Below are positions 49,111-64,000 of a stretch of 64,000 nt of DNA, one piece after another. A model generated the notes under the pieces. It made no database searches. It was given only the letters and a program-made list of their open reading frames with translations, and was not told the origin of the DNA. Each line of letters begins with the position of its first letter. Within the stretch, counting starts at the first letter, position 1. Both the position numbers and the translations under genes were made by a program. The stretch is from Nemertoderma westbladi (taxonomy: Eukaryota; Animalia; Xenacoelomorpha): contig JAUCBJ010003602.1 of the NCBI GenBank assembly GCA_032718475.1, forward strand, positions 1 through 64,000, in the 5' to 3' direction.

Positions 49111-52100
49111 CCTCACTGCTGCACCTCACTCACTCACTGCTGCACATCACTCACACTCCTGCACCTCACTCACTCACTGCTGCACCTCACTCACTCACTG
49201 CTGCACCTCACTCACTCACTCCTGCACCTCACTCAATCACTCCCGCACCTCACTCACTCACTGCTGCACCTCACTCACTCACTCACTCACTGCTGCACCT
49301 CACTCAATCACTCCTGGACCTCACTCACTCACTGCTGCACCTCACTCACTCACTCACTGCTGCACCTCACTCACTCACTGCTGCACCTCACTCAATCACT
49401 CCTGCACCTCACTCAATCACTCCTGCACCTCACTCACTCACTGCTGCACCTCACTCACTCACTGCTGCACCTCCCTCACTCACTGCTGCACCTCACTCAC
49501 TCACTGCTGCACCTCACTCACTCACTGCTGCACCTCACTCACTCACTCCTGCACCTCCCTCACTCCACTGCTGCACCTCACTCACTCACTGCTGCCTCAC
49601 TCACTCACTCACTGCTGCACCTCACTCACTCTCTCACTGCTGCACCTCACTCACTCACTCACTGCTGCACCTCACTCTCTCACTGCTGCACCTCACTCAA
49701 TCACTCCTGCACCTCACTCACTGCTGCACCTCACTCACTCACTGCTGCACCTCACTCACTCACTGCTGCACCTCACTTACTCACTGCAGCACCTCCATCA
49801 CTCACTGCTGCACCTCCATCACTCACTGCTGCACCTCACTCACTCACTCACTGGTGCACCTCACTCACTCACTCACTGCTGCACATCACTCACACTCATG
49901 CACCTCACTCACTCATTGCTGCACCTCACTCTCTCACTCACTGCTGCACCTCACTCACTCACTCACTCACTGCTGCACCTCACTCACTCACTGCTGCACC
50001 TCACTCAATCACTCCTGCACCTCACTCACTGCTGCACCTCACTCGCTCACTGCTGCAGCTCACTCAATCACTCCTGCACCTCACTCACCCACTGCTGCAC
50101 CTCACTCACTGCTGCACCTCACTCACTTACTCACTGCTGCACCTCACTCACTCACTGCTGCACCTCACTCACTCACTGCTGCATCTCACTCACTCACGGC
50201 TGCATCTCACTCACTCACTGCTGCATCTCACTCACTCACTCACTGCTGCACCTCACACACTCACTGCTGCACCTCACTCACTCGCTGCTGCACCTCACTC
50301 ACTGCTGCACCTCACTCACTCACTGCTGCACCTCACTCACTCACTGCTGCACCTCACTCAATCACTCCTGCACCTCACTCACTCACTCACTGCTGCACCT
50401 CACTCACTCACTCACCGCTGCACCTCACTCACTCACTCACTGCTGCTCCTCACTCACTCACTGCTGCACCTCACTCAATCACTCCTGCACCTTACTCACT
50501 CACTGCTGCACCTCACTCACTCACTCACTGCTGCACCTCACTCAATCACTCCCGCACATCACTCACTCACTGCTGCACCTCACTCACTCACTCACTGCTG
50601 CACCTCACTCAATCACTCCTGCACCTCACTCACTCACTGCTGCACCTCACTCACTCACTGCTGCACCTCACTCACTCACTGCTGCACCTCACTCACTCAC
50701 TCCTGCACCTCACTCAATCACTCCCGCACCTCACTCACCTCACTCACTCACTGCTGCACCTCACTCACTCACTCACTCACTGCTGCACCTCACTCAATCA
50801 CTCCTGGACCTCACTCACTCACTGCTGCACCTCACTCACTCACTCACTGCTGCACCTCACTCACTCACTCACTGCTGCACCTCACTCTCTCACTCACTGC
50901 TGCACCTCACTCTCTCACTCACTGCTGCACCTCACTCACTCACTCACTCACTGCTGCACCTCACTCAATCACTCCTGCACCTCACTCAATCACTCCTGCA
51001 CCTCACTCAATCACTCCTGCACCTCACTCAATCACTCCTGCACCTCACTCACTCACTGCTGCACCTCACTCACTCACTGCTGCACCTCCCTCACTCACTG
51101 CTGCACCTCACTCACTCACTGCTGCACCTCACTCACTCACTGCTGCACCTCACTCACTCACTCCTGCACCTCCCTCACTCCACTGCTGCACCTCACTCAC
51201 TCACTGCTGCCTCACTCACTCACTCACTGCTGCACCTCACTCACTCTCTCACTGCTGCACCTCACTCACTCACTCACTGCTGCACCTCACTCTCTCACTG
51301 CTGCACCTCACTCAATCACTCCTGCACCTCACTCACTGCTGCACCTCACTCACTCACTGCTGCACCTCACTCACTCACTGCTGCACCTCACTTACTCACT
51401 GCAGCACCTCCATCACTCACTGCTGCACCTCCATCACTCACTGCTGCACCTCACTCACTCACTCACTGGTGCACCTCACTCACTCAATCACTGCTGCACA
51501 TCACTCACACTCCTGCACCTCACTCACTCATTGCTGCACCTCACTCTCTCACTCACTGCTGCACCTCACTCACTCACTCACTCACTGCTGCACCTCACTC
51601 ACTCACTGCTGCACCTCACTCACTCACTGCTGCACCTCACTCAATCACTCCTGCACCTCACTCACTGCTGCACCTCACTCGCTCACTGCTGCAGCTCACT
51701 CAATCACTCCTGCACCTCACTCACCCACTGCTGCACCTCACTCACTGCTGCACCTCACTCACTTACTCACTGCTGCACCTCACTCACTCACTGCTGCACC
51801 TCACTCACTCACTGCTGCATCTCACTCACTCACGGCTGCATCTCACTCACTCACTGCTGCATCTCACTCACTCACTCACTGCTGCACCTCACACACTCAC
51901 TGCTGCACCTCACTCACTCACTGCTGCACCTCACTCACTGCTGCACCTCACTCACTCACTGCTGCACCTCACTCACTCACTGCTGCACCTCACTCAATCA
52001 CTCCTGCACCTCACTCACTCACTCACTGCTGCACCTCACTCACTCACTCACCGCTGCACCTCACTCACTCACTCACTGCTGCTCCTCACTCACTCACTGC

Positions 52101-52969
52101 TGCACCTCACTCAATCACTCCTGCACCTCACTCACTCACTGCTGCACCTCACTCACTCACTCACTGCTGCACCTCACTCAATCACTCCCGCACATCACTC
52201 ACTCACTGCTGCACCTCACTCAATCACTCCTGCACCTCACTCACTCACTGCTGCACCTCACTCACTCACTGCTGCACCTCACTCACACACTGCTGCACCA
52301 CACTCACTCACTCACTGCTGCACCACACTCACTCACTCACTGCTGCACCTCACTCACTCACTGCTGCACCTCACTCACTCACTGCTGCACCTCACTCACT
52401 CACTGACTCACTGCTGCACCTCACTCACTCACTCACTGCTGCACCTCACTCACTCACTGCTGCACCTCACTCACTCACTGACTCACTGCTGCACCTCACT
52501 CGCTGCTTCACCTCACTCAATCACTCCTGCACCTCACTCACTCACTCACTGCTGCACCTCACTCACTCACTGCTGCACCTCACTCACTCACTGCTGCACC
52601 TCACTCACTCACTCACTGCTGCACCTCACTCACTCACTGCTGCACCTCACTCAATCACTCCTGCACCTCACTCACTCACTGCTGCACCTCACTCACTCAC
52701 TCACTGCTGCACCTCACTCACTCACTCACTGCTGCACCTCACTCACTCACTCACTCACTGCTGCACCTCACTCACTCACTCACTGCAGCACCTCACTCAC
52801 TCACTCACTGCTGCACCTCACTCACTCACTCACTGCTGCACCTCACTCACTCACTGCTGCACCTCACTCACTCACTGCTGCACCTCACTCAATCACTCCT
52901 GCACCTCACTCAATCACTCCTGCACCTCACTCACTCACTGCTGCACCTCACTCACTCACTGCTGCACCT
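49111..52969. repeat. Compound satellite (CTCA)n + CTGCTGCAC, 3.9 kb
   Basis: Units of 17-29 nt varying in CTCA number; the plus strand is G-poor. Confidence 0.98.
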
Positions 52970-55900
52970 AACCCGTAATGTTGTATCTAATAGACCCGCG
53001 GTTGTATCTAACCCGTAATGTTGTATCTAATAGACCCACGGTTATATCTTACCCGTAATGTTGTATCTAATAGACCCACGGTTGTATCTAACACGTAATG
53101 TTCTATCTAATAGACCCACGGTTGTATCTAACCCGTAATGTTGTATATAATAGACCCACGGTTGTATCTAATAGCCCCACGGTTGTATCTAACCCGTAAT
53201 GTTGTATCTAATAGCCCCACGGTTGTATCTAACCCGTAATGTTGTATCTAATAGACCCGCGGTTGTATCTAACCCGTAATGTTGTATCTAATAGACCCAC
53301 GGTTGTATCTAACCCGTAATGTTGTATCTAATAGACCCACGGTTATATCTTACCCGTAATGTTGTATCTAATAGACCCACGGTTGTATCTAACCCGTAAT
53401 GTTCTATCTAATAGACCCGCGGTTGTATCTAACCCGTAATGTTGTATCTAATAGACCCGCGGTTGTATCTAACCCGTAATGTTGTATCTAATAGACCCGC
53501 GGTTGTATCTAACCCGTACTGTTTTATCTAATAGACCCGCGGTTGTATCTAATAGCCCCACGGTTGTATCTAACCCGTAATGTTGTATCTAATAGACCCG
53601 CGGTTGTATCTAATAGCCCCACTGTTGTATCTAATAGACCCGCGGTTGTATCTAAAAGATCCGCGGTTGTATCTAATAGACCCACGGTTATATCTAACCC
53701 GTAATGTTGTATCTAATAGACCCGCGGTTGTATCTAACCCGTAATGTTGTATCTAATAACCCGACGGTTGTATCTAACCCGTAATGTTGTATCTAATAGC
53801 CCGACGGTTGTATCTAACCCGTAATGTTGTATCTAATAGCCGGGGGGGGTTGTATCTAACCCGTAATGTTGTATCTAATAGACCCGCGGTTGTATCTAAT
53901 AGCCCCACGGTTGTATCTAATAGACCCACGGTTGTCCCTAATAGACCCATGGTTGTATCTAATAGACCCACGGTTGTATCTAATAGCCCCACGGTTGTAT
54001 GTAACCCGTAATGTTGTATCTAATAGACCCGCTGTTGTATCTAATATCCCCACGGTTGTATCTAACTCGTAATGCTGTATCCAATAGACCCGCGGTTGTA
54101 TCTAACCCGTAATGTTGTATCTAATAGCCGGGGGGTTTGTATCTAACCCGTAATGTTGTATCTAATAGCCCGGGGGTTGTATCTAACCCGTAATGTTGTA
54201 TCTAATAGCCCGGGGGGTTGTATCTAACCCGTAATGTTGTATCTAATAGCCCCACGGTTGTATCTAATAGACCCACGGTTGTATCTAACCCGTAATGTTG
54301 TATCTAATAGCCCCACGGTTGTATCTAATAACCCAACGGTTGTACCTAACCCGTAATGTTGTACCTAATAACCCCACGTTTGTTTGTATCTAACCCGTAA
54401 TCTTGTACCTAATAGCCCCACGGTTGTATCTAACCCGTAATATTGTATCTAATAGCCGGGGGGTTTGTATCTAACCCGTAATGTTGTATCTAATAGCCCC
54501 ACGGTTGTATCTAACCCGTAATGTTGTATCTAATAGCCCCACGGTTGTATCTAACCCGTAATGTTGTATCTAATAGCCGGGGGGTTTGTATCTAACCCGT
54601 AATGTTGTATCTAATAGCCCGGGGGGTTGTATCTAACCCGTAATGTTGTATCTAATAGCCCCACGGTTGTATCTAATAGACCCACGGTTGTATCTAACCC
54701 GTAATGTTGTATCTAATAGCCCCACGGTTGTATCTAATAACCCAACGGTTGTACCTAACCCGTAATGTTGTACCTAATAACCCCACGTTTGTTTGTATCT
54801 AACCCATAATCTTGTACCTAATAGCCCCACGGTTGTATCTAACCCGTAATGTTGTATCTAATAGACCCGCGGTTGTATCTAACCCGTAATGTTGTATCTA
54901 ATAGACCCGCGGTTGTATCTAATAGACCCGCGGTTGTATCTAAGAGACCCGCGGTTGTATCTAACCCGTATGTTGTATCTAATAGACCCACGGTTGTATC
55001 TAACCCGTAATGTTTGATCTAATAGACCCGCAGTTGTATCTAATAGACCCGCGGTTGTATCTAATAGACCCGCTGTTGTATCTAACCCGTAATGTTGTAT
55101 CTAATAGACCCGCGGTTGTATCTAACCCGTAATGTTGTATCTAATAGACCCGCAGTTGTATCTAATAGACCCGCGGTTGTATCTAATAGACCCGCGGTTG
55201 TATCTAACCCGTAATGTTGTATCTAATAGACCCACGGTTGTATCTAACCCGTAATGTTGTATCTAATAGACCCGCGGTTGTATCTAATAGACCCGCGGTT
55301 GTATCTAATAGACCCACGGTTGTATCTAACCCGTAATGTTGTATTGTATCTAATAGACCTGCGGTTGTATCTAATAGACCCGCGGTTGTATCTAATAGAC
55401 CCGCGGTTGTATCGAATAGACCCGCGGTTGTATCTAACCCGTAATGTTGTATCTAATAGCCCCACGGTTGTATCTAACCCGTAATGTTGTATCTAATAGC
55501 CGGGGGGGGGGGTTGTATCTAACCCGTAATGTTGTATCTAATAGCCGGGGGGGGGGGGGGTTGTATCTAACCCGTGATGTTGTATCTAATAGCCCCACGG
55601 TTGTATCTAACCCGTAATGTTGTATCTAATAGCCGGGGGGGGGTTGTATCTAACCCGTAATGTTGTACCTAATAGCCCCACGGTTGTATCTAACCCGTAA
55701 TGTTGTATCTAATAGCCGGGGGGGTTGTTTCTAACCCGTAATGTTGTATCTAATAGCCGGGGGGTTGTATCTAACCCGTAATGTTGTTTGTATCGAATAG
55801 CCGGGGGGTTGTATCTAACCCGTAATGTTGTATCTAATAGACCCGCGGTTGTATCTAACCCGTAATGTTGTATCTAATAGACCCGCGGTTGTATCTAATA

Positions 55901-58900
55901 GCCCCACGGTTGTATCTAATAGACCCACGGTTGTCCCTAATAGACCCATGGTTGTATCTAATAGACCCACGGTTGTATCTAATAGCCCCACGGTTGTATG
56001 TAACCCGTAATGTTGTATCTAATAGACCCGCTGTTGTATCTAATATCCCCACGGTTGTATCTAACTCGTAATGCTGTATCCAATAGACCCGCGGTTGTAT
56101 CTAACCCGTAATGTTGTATCTAATAGCCGGGGGGTTTTTAATCTAACCCGTAATGTTGTATCTAATAGCCCGGGGGTTGTATCTAACCCGTAATGTTGTA
56201 TCTAATAGCCCGGGGGGTTGTATCTAATAGACCCACGGTTGTATCTAACCCGTAATGTTGTATCTAATAGCCCCACGGTTGTATCTAATAGACCCACGGT
56301 TGTATCTAACCCGTAATGTTGTATCTAATAGCCGGGGGGGGTTGTATCTAACCCGTGATGTTGTATCTAATAGCCCCACGGTTGTATCTAATAGACCCAC
56401 GGTTGTATCTAACCCGTAATGTTGTATCTAATAGCCCCACGGTTGTATCTAATAGACCCACGGTTGTATCTAACCCGTAATGTTGTATCTAATAGCCGGG
56501 GGGGGTTGTATCTAACCCGTAATGTTGTATCTAATAGCCGGGGGGGGTTGTATCTAACCCGTGATGTTGTATCTAATAGCCCCACGGTTGTATCTAATAG
56601 ACCCACGGTTGTATCTAACCCGTAATGTTGTATCTAATAGCCCCACGGTTGTATCTAATAGACCCACGGTTGTATCTAACCCGTAATGTTGTATCTAATA
56701 GCCCCACGGTTGTATCTAATAACCCAACGGTTGTACCTAACCCGTAATGTTGTACCTAATAACCCCACGTTTGTTTGTATCTAACCCGTAATATTGTACC
56801 TAATAGCCCCACGGTTGTATCTAACCCGTAATATTGTATCTAATAGCCCCACGGTTGTATCTAACCCGTAATGTTGTATCTAATAGCCGGGGGGTTTGTA
56901 TCTAACCCGTAATGTTGTATCTAATAGCCCGGGGGGTTGTATCTAACCCGTAATGTTGTATCTAATAGCCCCACGGTTGTATCTAATAGACCCACGGTTG
57001 TATCTAACCCGTAATGTTGTATCTAATAGCCCCACGGTTGTATCTAATAACCCAACGGTTGTACCTAACCCGTAATGTTGTACCTAATAACCCCACGTTT
57101 GTTTGTATCTAACCCATAATCTTGTACCTAATAGCCCCACGGTTGTATCTAACCCGTAATGTTGTATCTAATAGACCCGCGGTTGTATCTAACCCGTAAT
57201 GTTGTATCTAATAGACCCGCGGTTGTATCTAATAGACCCGCGGTTGTATCTAATAGACCCGCGGTTGTATCTAACCCGTAATGTTGTATCTAATAGACCC
57301 ACGGTTGTATCTAATAGACCCGCGGTTGTATCTAACCCGTAATGTTGTATCTAATAGACCCGCAGTTGTATCTAATAGACCCGCGGTTGTATCTAATAGA
57401 CCCGCTGTTGTATCTAATAGACCCGCGGTTGTATCTAATAGACCCGCGGTTGTATCTAACCCGTAATGTTGTATCTAATAGACCCGCGGTTGTATCTAAT
57501 AGACCCGCGGTTGTATCTAACCCGTAATGTTGTATCTAATAGACCCGCAGTTGTATCTAATAGACCCGCGGTTGTATCTAATAGACCCGCTGTTGTATCT
57601 AATAGACCCGCTGTTGTATCTAACCCGTAATGTTGTATCTAATAGACCCGCGGTTGTATCTAATAGACCCGCGGTTGTATCTAACCCGTAATGTTGTATC
57701 TAATAGACCCACGGTTGTATCTAACCCGTAATGCTGTATCTAATAGACCCGCGGTTGTATCTAATAGACCCGCGGTTGTATCTAATAGACCCACGGTTGT
57801 ATCTAACCCGTAATGCTGTATCTAATAGACCCGCGGTTGTATCTAATAGACCCGCGGTTGTATCTAATAGACCCGCGGTTGTATCTAATAGACCCGCGGT
57901 TGTATCTAATAGACCCGCGGTTGTATCTAATAGACCCGCGGTTGTATCTAACCCGTAATGTTGTATCTAATAGACCCGCGGTTGTATCTAATAGACCCGC
58001 GGTTGTATCTAACCCGTAATGTTGTATCTAATAGACCCGCAGTTGTATCTAATAGACCCGCGGTTGTATCTAATAGACCCGCTGTTGTATCTAATAGACC
58101 CGCTGTTGTATCTAACCCGTAATGTTGTATCTAATAGACCCGCGGTTGTATCTAATAGACCCGCGGTTGTATCTAACCCGTAATGTTGTATCTAATAGAC
58201 CCACGGTTGTATCTAACCCGTAATGCTGTATCTAATAGACCCGCGGTTGTATCTAATAGACCCGCGGTTGTATCTAATAGACCCACGGTTGTATCTAACC
58301 CGTAATGTTGTATTGTATCTAATAGACCTGCGGTTGTATCTAATAGACCCGCGGTTGTATCTAATAGACCCGCGGTTGTATCTAACCCGTAATGTTGTAT
58401 CTAATAGCCCCACGGTTGTATCTAACCCGTAATGTTGTATCTAATAGCCGGGGGGGTTGTATCTAACCCGTAATGTTGTATCTAATAGCCGGGGGGGTTG
58501 TATCTAACCCGTGATGTTGTATCTAATAGCCCCACGGTTGTATCTAACCCGTAATGTTGTATCTAATAGCCGGGGGGAGGTTGTATCTAACCCGTAATGT
58601 TGTACCTAATAGCCCCACGGTTGTATCTAACCCGTAATGTTGTATCTAATAGCCGGGGGGGTTGTTTCTAACCCGTAATGTTGTACCTAATAGCCCCACG
58701 GTTGTATCTAACAGTTGTACCTAATAGCCACACGGTTGTATCTAACCCGTAATGTTGTATCTAATAGCCGGGGGGGAGGTTGTATCTAACCCGTAATGTT
58801 GTACCTAATAGCCCCACGGTTGTATCTAACAGTTGTACCTAATAGCCACACGGTTGTATCTAACCCGTAATGTTGTATCTAATAGCCGGGGGGGAGGTTG

Positions 58901-59980
58901 TATCTAACCCGTAATGTTGTACCTAATAGCCCCACGGTTGTATCTAACCCGTAATGTTGTATCTAATAGCCGGGGGGTTGTATCTAACCCGTAATGTTGT
59001 ATCTAATAGCCCCACGGTTGTATCTAACCCGTAATGTTGTATCTAATATCCCCATGGTTGTATCTAACCCGTAATGTTGTACCTAATAGCCCCCCGGTTG
59101 TATCTAACCCGTAATGTTGTATCTAATAGCCCCACGGTTGTATCTAACCCGTAATGTTGTATCTAATAGCCGGGGGGTTTGTATCTAACCCGTAATGTTG
59201 TATCTAATAGCCCGGGGGGTTGTATCTAACCCGTAATGTTGTACCTAATAGCCCCACGGTTGTATCTAACCCGTAATGTTGTATCTAATAGCCCCACGGT
59301 TGTATCTAACCCGTAATGTTGTATCTAATAGCCGGGGGGTTTGTATCTAACCCGTAATGTTGTACCTAATAGCCCCACGGTTGTATCTAACCCGTAATGT
59401 TGTATCTAATAGCCCCACGGTTGTATCTAACCCGTAATGTTGTATCTAATAGCCGGGGGGTTTGTATCTAACCCGTAATGTTGTACCTAATAGCCCCACG
59501 GTTGTATCTAACCCGTAATGTTGTATCTAATAGCCCCGCGGTTGTATCTAACCCCTAATGTTGTATCTAATAGCCCCATGGTTGTATCTAATAGACCCAC
59601 GGTTGTATCTAATAGCCCCACGGTTGTATGTAACCCGTAATGTTGTATCTAATAGCCGGGGGGTTTGTATCTAACCCGTAATGTTGTACCTAATAGCCCC
59701 ACGGTTGTATCTAACCCGTAATGTTGTATCTAATAGCCCCGCGGTTGTATCTAACCCCTAATGTTGTATCTAATAGCCCCATGGTTGTATCTAATAGACC
59801 CACGGTTGTCCCTAATAGACCCATGGTTGTATCTAATAGACCCACGGTTGTATCTAATAGCCCCACGGTTGTATGTAACCCGTAATGTTGTATCTAATAG
59901 ACCCACGGTTGTATCTAACCCCTAATGTTGTATCTAATAAACCCACGGTTGTATCCAACCCGTTATGTTGTATCTTTACC
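52970..59980. repeat. 19/21-bp dimeric satellite, 7 kb
   Basis: A=AACCCGTAATGTTGTATCT, B=AATAG(A/C)CCC(A/G)CGGTTGTATCT, plus G-tract variants. Confidence 0.98.
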
Positions 59981-59999
59981 CTAGTATTTTATCATTTAG

Positions 60000-60281
<282 letters not shown>

Positions 60282-60545
60282 TAGTTGCTTATTAAGAGTT
60301 GTTTTGCCACTCATTTTTCTAATATAATAAATACGCGGCTTCAGCTCTATTCTGGTATATTTTTTATATTTTATAATGATCAATAATATAATTAATTGGT
60401 CGTTATAAGTAAAGTAATAAATAATGAGTTAATTATAATATTATTATACGAGCGGCAAATACGTATATATACTGGTAAGGAACTGAAATATTTTACAAAC
60501 TTAATCTGAAAAATTTATCGATTCATTCGTAAGTTATATTAGTCG

Positions 60546-63265
<2,720 letters not shown>

Positions 63266-63343
63266 TAATACTAAAAAAAACATGTTCCTCAAACTAATAA
63301 ATTTTTGAACCATTTTTTATAACGTATTAATTCCAAACTGTAA

Positions 63344-63721
<378 letters not shown>

Positions 63722-63864
63722 ATATAATTAATTTTACTACTATTCCCTTTTCTTAAATTTCTCCGGAATTGTTAGTTTGTTTTATTAGTTAAATGGAGTC
63801 ACCTGGTGGTATAGCTGGACCTATCTTGCTTACTATCGTAAGTTGACCTCTATTTTCATCGCAG

Positions 63865-64000
63865 GTAATTGATGACTCGGACCTAAAGAAGACGGAGATC
63901 CACGAGATCGTACTGGTGGGGGGGTCTACCCGTATCCCCAAGGTGCAACAACTCGTGAAGGACTTCTTCGGGGGGAAAGAGCCCTCACGGGGTATCAACC
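63865..64000 (+). CDS. HSPA5: BiP/GRP78 exon (runs off window end)
   Basis: catcgcag|GTA ATT; [45 protein letters not shown]. Confidence 0.95.

Noticed and set aside
49065-52978. 1113-, 1026- and 500-aa His/Ser/Leu/Thr ORFs
   Set aside because: Translations of the CTCA satellite, open in all three frames and lying within a BiP intron.

Overview
Eukaryotic (most likely invertebrate metazoan) genomic DNA; no prokaryotic genes and no CRISPR. Three spliced host genes can be read by hand: (1) one minus-strand exon of a KDM6A/UTX-like TPR protein (992-1181); (2) a plus-strand mosaic extracellular protein gene (Cys-rich, C-type lectin, EGF-like, Ig) with phase-compatible exons from about 8.9 to 47.8 kb; (3) five internal exons of BiP/HSPA5 (48908-64000). 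The introns are filled with nested transposons: a near-intact CR1/L2-group LINE, Tc1/mariner and piggyBac remnants, a BEL/Pao LTR element containing an RTE-X LINE and an IS3EU-type MITE, a CRE fragment, and RTE copies carrying a piggyBac MITE and a Merlin derivative. Two things stand out. First, several unrelated intronic minisatellites start or end at, or within about 30 nt of, real splice sites, and three of them have units shaped like GT...AG mini-introns joined by AG|GT (26, 37 and 49 nt). This suggests splice-site-seeded repeat expansion and possibly recursive splicing; function is untested. Second, a perfect head-to-head dimer of the SMART/PacBio ultra-low-input amplification adapter at 48552-48603 shows the window is an artefactual chimera: the lectin/Ig locus and the BiP locus are probably not true neighbours. 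All gene and element calls come from manual translation and recalled family motifs, not database searches.
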